From NCBI GenBank assembly GCA_036269255.1, contig DATASI010000182.1, forward strand, positions 1 to 57,017: a DNA stretch of 57,017 nucleotides, in the 5' to 3' direction. Every line of letters starts with the position of its first letter. Within the stretch, counting starts at the first letter, position 1. The notes under the pieces were generated by a model. It did not search any database. It had not been told where the DNA came from and saw nothing but the letters and a program-made list of their open reading frames with translations. The translations under genes and the position numbers were made by a program. Positions 35,673 to 43,437 of this stretch are shown piece after piece. The DNA is from Candidatus Dormiibacterota bacterium. GTDB lineage: Bacteria; Chloroflexota; Dormibacteria; CF-121.

Positions 35673-36710
35673 GTGGCTGGCTCGGTCAGGATCGCGGCGC
35701 TCGCGACGGCCACACCCGTGGTGGAGGCGAGCCTGGATCAGGTTTGGGCGGCGCTTGGCGAGGCGCGCGGCCGCCGGATGCCTCGCCTGTCGGCGACGGA
35801 AGGCGCGCGAGTTCGGCATCTGGCCGAGCCGCTGAGCTCGTTGGTGGCGACCCGGACGCAGACGCAGCAAACCGACGCCTACCTGCTCCATGCGCGGGCC
35901 CTGGCGCGCAAGGTCTGCTGCGACGCGCTCGACCGAAGCCGAATTGCACGGGAACGGATCGGCCTCGTGGTTGGCGTCTCGTGCACGGGCGTCGTGCTGC
36001 CCTCGCTCGACGCCGAGCTGATTCCCGTGCTCGGCCTCGACCGGGCCGTTGCCCGGCTCCCGATCACCGAGCTCGGGTGCGGGGGCGGCGTCGCGGGGCT
36101 TGCGCGTGGCGTTGACTACCTGCGGGCCTATCCCGATCAGGCGGTCCTCCTGTTTGCCGTGGAGCTCCCGTCGTTGACGTTTCAGCCGGCCGATCATTCG
36201 ATCGATAACCTGATCGCGGCCATGGTTTTTGGCGACGGGGCCGGTGCCATGGTGCTCGAGTCCGCCGACGCGGCGTCTGGGTGGATGGTGGACCATTGCG
36301 GGACGCACCTGATTCCCGAAGCAGCCGGGCGGCTCGGTTTCGAATTGCGCGACGGCGGCCTGCGGGTGGTGCTGAGCCGTGATCTTCCGGATGTCGTCGA
36401 AGCCAACCTGCGCCAGGCGGTCGACTCGTTCCTCGACGGCACCGGAACCCGCCGCCAAGACCTTGCCCTGCTGGCGCTCCATCCGGGTGGCCCGCGGATT
36501 TTCGAAGCGGTCGCGCGTGCCCTCGATGTCGACCCCGGAATGCTCGCGCCCTCGCGGCGAGTCTTCGAGCGTTACGGCAATGCGTCGAGCGCTGGGATCT
36601 TCTTCGTCCTCGAGGAGCTGCTCACCACCCGGCCTGACGGCAAGGTGCTCGCGATCGCGTTCGGGCCGGGCCTGTCGATTGAAATGGCGCTGATGCGCGT
36701 GACGCCGTAG
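35673..36710 (+). CDS. Type III polyketide synthase (chalcone/stilbene synthase superfamily)
   Basis: Cys-His-Asn triad in context: VGVSCTGVVLPSLD, LALHPGGPRI, YGNASSAGIFFVL. GFGPGLS C-terminal motif. GTG start. Confidence 0.85.
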   Translation: MAGSVRIAALATATPVVEASLDQVWAALGEARGRRMPRLSATEGARVRHLAEPLSSLVATRTQTQQTDAYLLHARALARKVCCDALDRSRIARERIGLVVGVSCTGVVLPSLDAELIPVLGLDRAVARLPITELGCGGGVAGLARGVDYLRAYPDQAVLLFAVELPSLTFQPADHSIDNLIAAMVFGDGAGAMVLESADAASGWMVDHCGTHLIPEAAGRLGFELRDGGLRVVLSRDLPDVVEANLRQAVDSFLDGTGTRRQDLALLALHPGGPRIFEAVARALDVDPGMLAPSRRVFERYGNASSAGIFFVLEELLTTRPDGKVLAIAFGPGLSIEMALMRVTP

Positions 36711-36779
36711 CGCCCGGCGAGCGCGTATGCCGAATACGCAATTGCCAAGGCGGCCATCCTTTTTGTCAAACTGATCGGC

Positions 36780-37070
36780 ATGTGTCGAAGCATCAAGGTC
36801 CTCCGTCGCGCCGATAGCCAGCCGAGCGAACAGGAAATCCACGAGGCGGCGCTGCAGTTCGTCCGAAAGATCAGTGGCTACCGTGTTCCATCGCAAGCCA
36901 ACACCGTGGTCTTCGAGGCGGCCGTCCGTGATGTCACGGCCAGCTCGCAGCGCTTGCTCGAGGAGCTGACTACGCGGCCGGGAGGCGCAGCGCGAAGCTC
37001 GAGCCCTTCCCCGGGTCGCTCCGCTCGAGCAACAACGACCCGCCCATCTGCTCGGCGAGCCCGCGGCTGA
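36780..37070 (+). CDS. DUF2277 family protein
   Basis: MCRSIKVLRR...EIHEAALQFVRKISGYRVPSQAN is the conserved DUF2277 N-terminus. The 3' 101 nt overlap the convergent kinase gene. Confidence 0.65.
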   Translation: MCRSIKVLRRADSQPSEQEIHEAALQFVRKISGYRVPSQANTVVFEAAVRDVTASSQRLLEELTTRPGGAARSSSPSPGRSARATTTRPSARRARG

Positions 37071-38724
37071 CGTAAAGGCCCAGCCCGGTCCCCGGCTTTT
37101 CCAGCACGCGGCGGTCGGTGCCGCGTGTGAAACGAGAAAAGATTCGCGATCGGTCTTCCGGTGACACCCCGATGCCGCTGTCCTTGACCGTCACCGCGAT
37201 CTGATCTCCCTCCCGGGTCGCCGAAACCTCGATCTTCGGCTCCGCATCGACGTAAGTCAATGCATTGTTGAGCAAGTTGTCGAGAATCTTTCCCACCTGT
37301 GTTGCGTCGGCAACCGCCTCCAGTCCGGGCGCGACCTGCACCTCGAGCCTGGCCTTGGCCAGTTCCGCCCGAGGCCGTGCCCGATTCACGGCATCCTCGA
37401 CCGCAGCGCTGATCGAGACCTTGTCTTTCTTCGGGGTCAGGACCTTGCCCTCGAGCCGCGCCACAGTCAGCAGCTCCTCGGCCAGCGCCTTGGCTTCTTC
37501 GGACTTACGCTGGGCGATGGCCAGCACGTCACGCAAAGCCTTCGGCAACTCGCCGAACCCACCTTCGAGGGCCATCCCGATGTAGCCGCTTGTCACGGTC
37601 AGCGGCGCGCGCAACTCGTGGACCGCAAAGCTCATGAACTCGCTCTTGGCCCGCTCGGCTTCTTTGGCCTGGTCGATCAGCCGCGCGTTGCGAAGGAGCA
37701 GCGCGCCCAGCGCCGAGAACTGCTGGAGCGATTGGATCGCGGCTGGATCGAATGGCCGGTCGTCGCGCCGGCCGATCGCCAGCAGGCCGATCGTCTCGCC
37801 GCCGACGATCAGCGGAGCGACCAGGAAGCGGCCATACGGCTGGACAATCGGTTCGAGGCCCTGGGGCGTTCCGGTGTACTCGGGGGCCGAGAGCTCGACG
37901 GGCCGTCCGCGACGAATCCCCGCCAGCACCTTGGGCGCCAGCGGCCAGCGGCTCCCGACGCCGGAGCCGCTGATGGTGGCCTCGATCACCATCTCGCTGC
38001 CATCCACGCGGGCGAGTGAAGCGCCATCCGCGCCCACCGAGTCGCACGCCCCCTGCAGCAGATGGATCAGCACCTCGTTGAGCTGCGTCTGGCTGGCCAC
38101 TTCCTCGGCGGCCTCCACCGCGATCCGCAATCGCGACGCCGTCTGATCGGCGCGCTTGCGCGCCGCCAGCACCTCGTCATAGAGGCGCGCGTTGCGCAGG
38201 GCAAGGCCCGAGATGGCGCCGACCAGCGTCAAGGTCGAGCGATCGTGCGGGCCGAATGGCCGGTCCTCGTAGCGGCTGAGAACCAGCAGTCCGACGGCCT
38301 TTCCCCCGTGGACCAGCGGCAGCGCGGCGACCTGCTTGACATCCGTCAGCGCCGCCCGGAACTCCGGCGCGGCGTTCTCCAGCGCCAGCTGTCCACCGTA
38401 CGCCGGCTCCAGCGTGTCGATCGCCTTCTTGACCAGCGGCTGCCCGGCGAAATAGTCGACCGAATAGCGCTGGCCAACCCAGGTGACGCTTCCCGCGCGC
38501 CCGATGGTGGCCTCGATCACCACCTCGTTCTCGATCAGGCTGGAGAGCGTGGCGCGATCCGCCTGCAGCGCGTGGACGCCGCGCTCGAGGATGCGCGTGA
38601 TGACCTGGCGCGGCTCCAGCGAGCCGGCGACATCCAGGGCAATCTGGACCAGTTCATCAAGGTCCTCGTCCGGCTCGGCGGGCCGGGGGGAGCGGGCTAT
38701 CGCCGTAGTGCGCTCCGGGGGCAT
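36970..38724 (-). CDS. Cytoplasmic GAF-GAF sensor histidine kinase
   Basis: Two GAF-like modules, H-box FAVHELRAPLT, and HATPase N/G boxes (LNNALTY, DSGIGV, GTGLGL). No TM segment and no adjacent response regulator. Confidence 0.85.
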   Translation of the reverse strand: MPPERTTAIARSPRPAEPDEDLDELVQIALDVAGSLEPRQVITRILERGVHALQADRATLSSLIENEVVIEATIGRAGSVTWVGQRYSVDYFAGQPLVKKAIDTLEPAYGGQLALENAAPEFRAALTDVKQVAALPLVHGGKAVGLLVLSRYEDRPFGPHDRSTLTLVGAISGLALRNARLYDEVLAARKRADQTASRLRIAVEAAEEVASQTQLNEVLIHLLQGACDSVGADGASLARVDGSEMVIEATISGSGVGSRWPLAPKVLAGIRRGRPVELSAPEYTGTPQGLEPIVQPYGRFLVAPLIVGGETIGLLAIGRRDDRPFDPAAIQSLQQFSALGALLLRNARLIDQAKEAERAKSEFMSFAVHELRAPLTVTSGYIGMALEGGFGELPKALRDVLAIAQRKSEEAKALAEELLTVARLEGKVLTPKKDKVSISAAVEDAVNRARPRAELAKARLEVQVAPGLEAVADATQVGKILDNLLNNALTYVDAEPKIEVSATREGDQIAVTVKDSGIGVSPEDRSRIFSRFTRGTDRRVLEKPGTGLGLYVSRGLAEQMGGSLLLERSDPGKGSSFALRLPAA

Positions 38725-38854
38725 AACGACGCCATACTGGCCGAAAGATTACCGCAGGTGGCGAGGGTCTGCCATATGCGGGGCTAGCGGCCGACCTCCT
38801 GTCAGCCTCGCCATAGAGAGGAACCTTTCGGTCGTTCGCTGAGTAATAGGAGCA

Positions 38855-39394
38855 ATGAAAGAAGCATCGCTCCTGGTCCTCGCCGTGGTGCTGGCCGCCT
38901 GCTCCCCACAAGCGACGGGATCGACCAGGAGCTCGATCAGCACTGCGCCGGCGACCGCCACGCAGGCGGCCTCGTCGCAACCGTCGATTACGTCGACCGG
39001 CTGCGGATCTACGGCCGTCCTCGCGGGCGGGATTCCGCAATGGCTCAATGATGCCGGCGGCCACAACAACCCGCTTGGTGTTCCATATGTGATCGCACAG
39101 CCGCCGCTGGCGGCGGGGTTTCTATTCGGTTACCCGCTTCACGCCGGGCATCCGAACAATCCGTCGAACAAGATCCTCTGGGTGGTCCGAACGGCGCGCA
39201 ATGGCCCACTGACAATCGACGCGCATCCCCTTACCGCGACATCGCCGGTCGTCCATCAAGTGTTTCCTGACAACGCCGGACCAGGGGAGATCTATCCCAG
39301 CGGTGTCGATGTGCCGACAGCCGGCTGCTGGCAGCTCGACCTGCGCTGGGCCGGCAGCCATACCGAGGTCGAACTGAGCTACGTCTCGCCGTAG
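38855..39394 (+). CDS. Lipoprotein of unknown function
   Basis: AGGAG SD, lipobox LAAC after MKEASLLVLAVV, and a Ser/Thr-rich linker. I recognised no family. Confidence 0.6.
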   Translation: MKEASLLVLAVVLAACSPQATGSTRSSISTAPATATQAASSQPSITSTGCGSTAVLAGGIPQWLNDAGGHNNPLGVPYVIAQPPLAAGFLFGYPLHAGHPNNPSNKILWVVRTARNGPLTIDAHPLTATSPVVHQVFPDNAGPGEIYPSGVDVPTAGCWQLDLRWAGSHTEVELSYVSP

Positions 39395-39404
39395 CTAAGC
39401 CGCG

Positions 39405-40787
39405 TCAGCGCAGGGGCGCGTGCCTGTCAGGGCCGAGGTTGCGTACCGCTTCGCCAACGCCGCGATAGAAGGTCGGATAGGCATAGATCATGTGCCGGAG
39501 TTCGTCGGTCGGAACCTGGTTCTTGATCGCCAGCTCGAAGACGCCGAGGACGTCGCCGCCACGCGGCCCCATCGCCGTCGCTCCGACCAGCACGCCCCGG
39601 TCGGCATCCTCGACAACCTTGATGAAGCCGTCGTTGCCGGGGCCGTGGATCCATCCCCGCGACGTGACCGATGTCTTCTGGATCCCGGTCCGCACCTTGA
39701 TGCCTTTCTTCCTGGCTTGCTCCTCGGTGAGCCCGGCGGCCCCCACCTCGGGATCGGTGAAGGTCACGCGCGGCTTGGCGCGGTAGTCGGCGGCCGGTCC
39801 GCGCGTCTCCAGGACTTCGTTGACCACGATGTCGGCGTGATAGATCGCCATATGCGTGAAGCCACCGTTGGGAGTCACATCGCCCACCGCCCAGGTGCGC
39901 TCGGCAACGCGCAGGTAGGGATCCGCCTCCAGAAAACGCGCCGACGGATCGAGTCCGATCGTCTCCAGGCCGATGTCTTTGAGATTCGTGCTCCGTCCGG
40001 TTGCCACCAGCAACTTCTCGCCTCGAACGTCTTCGCCGCTGTCCAGCTCGACGACGACCGCGCCACCGTCAGCGTGGACTGAGCGCGCGTGCACTCCGAG
40101 ATAGAGCTGGATGCCGTCCCGCCGGAGCACATCGCCAAGAACGGCACCGGCTTCCGGCTCCTCCATCGCCAGGACGTGGCTCATGCCCTCGATGATGCTG
40201 ACCTTGACACCAAACCGGGCGAACGCCTGCGACAGCTCCAATCCAATCGCGCCACCTCCGAGCACCACCAGCGAGCCGGGTAGCTCTTCGACCTTGACGG
40301 CTTCGCGGTTCGTCCAGTACGGAACATCCGCGAGGCCCGCAATCGGTGGGATCGCCGGCGCGGTTCCGGTGGCGATCACCACCGCTCGTCTTGCCTCGAA
40401 GGTCGTGCCGTCAACCGCGACCTTGCCGACTCCGGCCAGGCGGCCGAAGCCGCGGATGAGGCGCCCGCCTTTCTTTTCGAAGCGTTCCACCGCGGCGCGA
40501 TCGTCCCAGTTGTCGGTGGCGACCTCGCGTATCCGTCGCGCCACCGGGCTCCAGTCCGGTGAGACTGTCGACGACCCGGCCAATTCCGGGATCCGCCGCC
40601 CCTCGGCGAGCGTCTCGGCGGCGCGGTACATCATCTTGGTCGGCACGCACCCGTAATAGGGACACTCGCCGCCGACCAGGTGGTGCTCGATGCCGACCAC
40701 CTTGAGCCCGTTGCTTGCCAGGCATTCGGCGACCTCTTCGCCGCCCACGCCCATGCCGAGCACGATGGCGTCGACCTGTTCGGTCAT
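39405..40787 (-). CDS. Class I pyridine nucleotide-disulfide oxidoreductase (LipDH/MerA-core-like, CxxxxC)
   Basis: GMGVGG FAD motif, redox-active GGECPYYGCVPTK, GGGAIGLE NAD motif, and a dimerisation domain with YAYPTF...GE in place of HPT..E. Confidence 0.85.
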   Translation of the reverse strand: MTEQVDAIVLGMGVGGEEVAECLASNGLKVVGIEHHLVGGECPYYGCVPTKMMYRAAETLAEGRRIPELAGSSTVSPDWSPVARRIREVATDNWDDRAAVERFEKKGGRLIRGFGRLAGVGKVAVDGTTFEARRAVVIATGTAPAIPPIAGLADVPYWTNREAVKVEELPGSLVVLGGGAIGLELSQAFARFGVKVSIIEGMSHVLAMEEPEAGAVLGDVLRRDGIQLYLGVHARSVHADGGAVVVELDSGEDVRGEKLLVATGRSTNLKDIGLETIGLDPSARFLEADPYLRVAERTWAVGDVTPNGGFTHMAIYHADIVVNEVLETRGPAADYRAKPRVTFTDPEVGAAGLTEEQARKKGIKVRTGIQKTSVTSRGWIHGPGNDGFIKVVEDADRGVLVGATAMGPRGGDVLGVFELAIKNQVPTDELRHMIYAYPTFYRGVGEAVRNLGPDRHAPLR

Positions 40788-40788
40788 C

Positions 40789-43437
40789 TCAATTTGCCGC
40801 CGGCGCCGGTGGCTTGTTCGCGGCGGCCAGCGCTTCCTGCAGGGCCTCCTCGATGGTCAGCCTTTGCCCTTCGGCCAAGGCGCGCGCGGCCTCCGCCTCG
40901 GACAGTCCCTCACGGCCCGTCCGTCCTTCTTGTTTGCTCAGGAGTGCGCCGAGGCTGGCCCCGGTCGCTGCCTGGAGGGTCTTGCCGGCGCTGGCCAGCC
41001 GTGCTCCCCTGTACGGGTCGCCGTCGCGCCGAATCACCTCGGCCAGGTTGTCCAGTTGCAACACGATGCCGGACAGGTCGTTGGCCTCCTGGAACAGCGT
41101 GACCGCCTCCATGAAGCTGCGCCGCGCGCCATCGACATCACCGAGCTTCAGCAGCACCTGTCCGGTGCTGTGCAGGCACCAGGCGAGGCCGAATCGGTCA
41201 TCCAGCTTTCGAAACAACGCCTCCGATTCCTTCATCAACGTCCGCGCCTCCAGGTCGCGGTGCTGGAAGTGATAGGTGTTCGCAGTCGTCCACAGGGTTC
41301 GAGCGACGCCGCCCTGGTCGTTGAGGCTCCGGTAAATGGGCAGCGCTTCTTCGAGCAACCGGCGCGAGCGTTCGACGTCGGTCACGGTGATGGTGGATGG
41401 GAAGGCGGCATTGTAGAGGGCGTGGGCGAGCGCCGCCGGATTGTCCATCCGCCGGGTCAGCTCCAGACACTGGTCGTACAGTGTCTGGGCGGTTTCCATG
41501 TCGGCCTGCCAGTAGGCCAGGCTGCCGGCGGCTTCAAGTGCCTCCAGGCGTTCCATCGAGAAGGCGTCGCCGCCGCGAACGCCGAGCACGATGGTCAGCC
41601 GGGCACGGCCCTCATCGATGTGCCCGCGCATCTGCCAGAAGCGCCACAGGCAGGCGGCGAGCTGCATGGCGTTTCTCGAGTCACCCGACGTGATCGTCCA
41701 GTCGAGAGCGGCGCGAAAGTTGTCTTGCTCAATCGCCAGCCGATCCAGCCAGGCTTTGCGCTCGCTGCCAAAGAGGTGGGGCTGGGCCTCCCGCGCGAGC
41801 GCAAGATAGGCCTTGACGTGGCGGTCCTTGATGCTCGCAGCTTCGCCTCCGACCTCGAGCCGGTCGGCTGCGAACTCTCGGATCGTTTGCAGCATCAGGA
41901 AACGCGGCTCGTCGAACTCGGGGACGCGCCGGAGCAAGCTTTGATCAGCCAGCTGATCAAGGCGGTCGAGCACCTCGCCGCCGATTTCCATCGTCGGGCC
42001 GCAGACCTGCTCAGCCTGCAGCAGACTGGCCCCGCGGCCGAAGACGGAAAATCGTTCAAACACGCGGCGGCCGGCGTCGTCCAACAGGTCGTGACTCCAT
42101 TGAATCGCTCCACGCAGCGTTTGTTGCCGGGTTGGAAGATCGCGAGCGCCGGTGCCGAGCGCGGTCAACGTTTTTTCCAGCCGGCCCAGCAACGCCTGCG
42201 GCGAAAAGAGCCTGACCCGCGCGGCAGCAAGCTCGATCGCAAGCGGCAGGCCATCGACCCGCTCGCAGATCCCCGCGATCGCGGGCGCGTTCGCGTTGGT
42301 TGCCTGGAAATCTGGCTTGGCGGCAACGGCGCGCTCGATGAACAGCCGGACAGCCTCGAATTGGGATAGCGCTGCCGCTGTCGGTTGGGTCCCGGTGTCT
42401 GGCAGGCCGAGCGGGGGAACGGGAAACTCCTGCTCGCCGTAAACACGAAGCACGGCCCGGCTGCTGACGACGAGTCGCAAATCGGGACTGGCCTCCAACA
42501 ACGTGGTCGTGACCGGCGCGGCGGCAAGCAGCTGCTCGAAGTTGTCCAGCACCAGCAGGGTCCGCTTGTCGTGCAGGTAATCGAGCAGGACGTCGATCGG
42601 CCGCCGAGTGCCGGTCGACTGTACCGCGAGCGCCTGCGCGATCGCGGAGGGCACCAGCTCAGGATCTGTGACGGCTGCCAGTGGGACGAAGAAGACGCCG
42701 TCGGGGAACTGGTCAAGCACGTCGGTCGCGAGCTGCAGGCTCAAGCGCGTCTTTCCCGTCCCGCCGGGGCCCGTCAGCGTCAACAGCCGGCTGCGACCCA
42801 GCAGCGCCTTCGCCTCGCGGACCTGGTCGTCGCGCCCGATGAAGCTGGTCATCTGCGTCGGCAAATTGTTGGGGGTCGCCTCCAGTGTTCGCAGCGCCGG
42901 AAACTCGCTGGGCAAGCCCTCGATGGTGAGCTGGAAGAGACGTTCGGGCCGGGCCAGGTCCTTGAGCCGGTGCACGCCGAGGTCCTTGATCGACAGGCCT
43001 GCCGGTAACGCACTCCCGACCAGCGTTCGGGTCGTTTCCGACAGGAGGACCTGGCCGCCGTTCGCCGCGCCCGCCACCCTGGCGGCTCGATGAACGTCGA
43101 TCCCCAGATACTCGTTGCCAACCAGCGTCGCCTCGCCGGTATGCAGCCCGACGCGGACCAGGACCTTTGATCCCGCCGGCCAATCATGCTCGGCGAGCAG
43201 CTTCTGCACGGCGGCGGCCCCGGCGCAAGCCCTGACCGCGCTGTCGAAGACGACGAAGAACGAGTCGCCCTCCGTGCGCAGCTCATGGCCGCCGTTGGCC
43301 GCCAGCGCCTGGCGCTGGATCGCATGATGCGCGAGCAAGGCGTCGGGGTACTCGGAGCCGAGTTGCTGGATGAGCCTGGTCGAGCCCGCGATGTCGCTGA
43401 AGAAGAAGGTGATGGTGCCGGTTGGCAGCTCGCTCAT
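40789..43437 (-). CDS. Class III nucleotidyl cyclase domain + STAND (NB-ARC-like) NTPase + TPR repeats
   Basis: TFFFSDIAGSTRL, TEGDSFFVVF and GIDVHRAARV (cyclase fold). NLPTQMTSFIGRD, the P-loop TGPGGTGKT and LLVLDNFEQ. The C-terminal third has TPR-like repeats. Confidence 0.85.
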   Translation of the reverse strand: MSELPTGTITFFFSDIAGSTRLIQQLGSEYPDALLAHHAIQRQALAANGGHELRTEGDSFFVVFDSAVRACAGAAAVQKLLAEHDWPAGSKVLVRVGLHTGEATLVGNEYLGIDVHRAARVAGAANGGQVLLSETTRTLVGSALPAGLSIKDLGVHRLKDLARPERLFQLTIEGLPSEFPALRTLEATPNNLPTQMTSFIGRDDQVREAKALLGRSRLLTLTGPGGTGKTRLSLQLATDVLDQFPDGVFFVPLAAVTDPELVPSAIAQALAVQSTGTRRPIDVLLDYLHDKRTLLVLDNFEQLLAAAPVTTTLLEASPDLRLVVSSRAVLRVYGEQEFPVPPLGLPDTGTQPTAAALSQFEAVRLFIERAVAAKPDFQATNANAPAIAGICERVDGLPLAIELAAARVRLFSPQALLGRLEKTLTALGTGARDLPTRQQTLRGAIQWSHDLLDDAGRRVFERFSVFGRGASLLQAEQVCGPTMEIGGEVLDRLDQLADQSLLRRVPEFDEPRFLMLQTIREFAADRLEVGGEAASIKDRHVKAYLALAREAQPHLFGSERKAWLDRLAIEQDNFRAALDWTITSGDSRNAMQLAACLWRFWQMRGHIDEGRARLTIVLGVRGGDAFSMERLEALEAAGSLAYWQADMETAQTLYDQCLELTRRMDNPAALAHALYNAAFPSTITVTDVERSRRLLEEALPIYRSLNDQGGVARTLWTTANTYHFQHRDLEARTLMKESEALFRKLDDRFGLAWCLHSTGQVLLKLGDVDGARRSFMEAVTLFQEANDLSGIVLQLDNLAEVIRRDGDPYRGARLASAGKTLQAATGASLGALLSKQEGRTGREGLSEAEAARALAEGQRLTIEEALQEALAAANKPPAPAAN

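Noticed and set aside
34699-36710. A functional link between Ku and the adjacent type III PKS.
   Set aside because: There is no mechanistic rationale. The 35-nt gap and shared strand are compatible with simple adjacency, so I reported them as separate observations.
36723-36765. GCGTAT-gccga-ATACGC hairpin followed some 20 nt later by CCTTTTTG, as a terminator after the PKS gene.
   Set aside because: The stem is only 6 bp and the T-run is not adjacent to it. That is too weak to call a terminator.
39405-40787. Calling the CxxxxC flavoprotein a mercuric reductase (MerA).
   Set aside because: It has no C-terminal Cys-Cys pair, no NmerA/HMA domain, and no merR/merT/merP nearby. Only the Tyr-for-His substitution resembles MerA.
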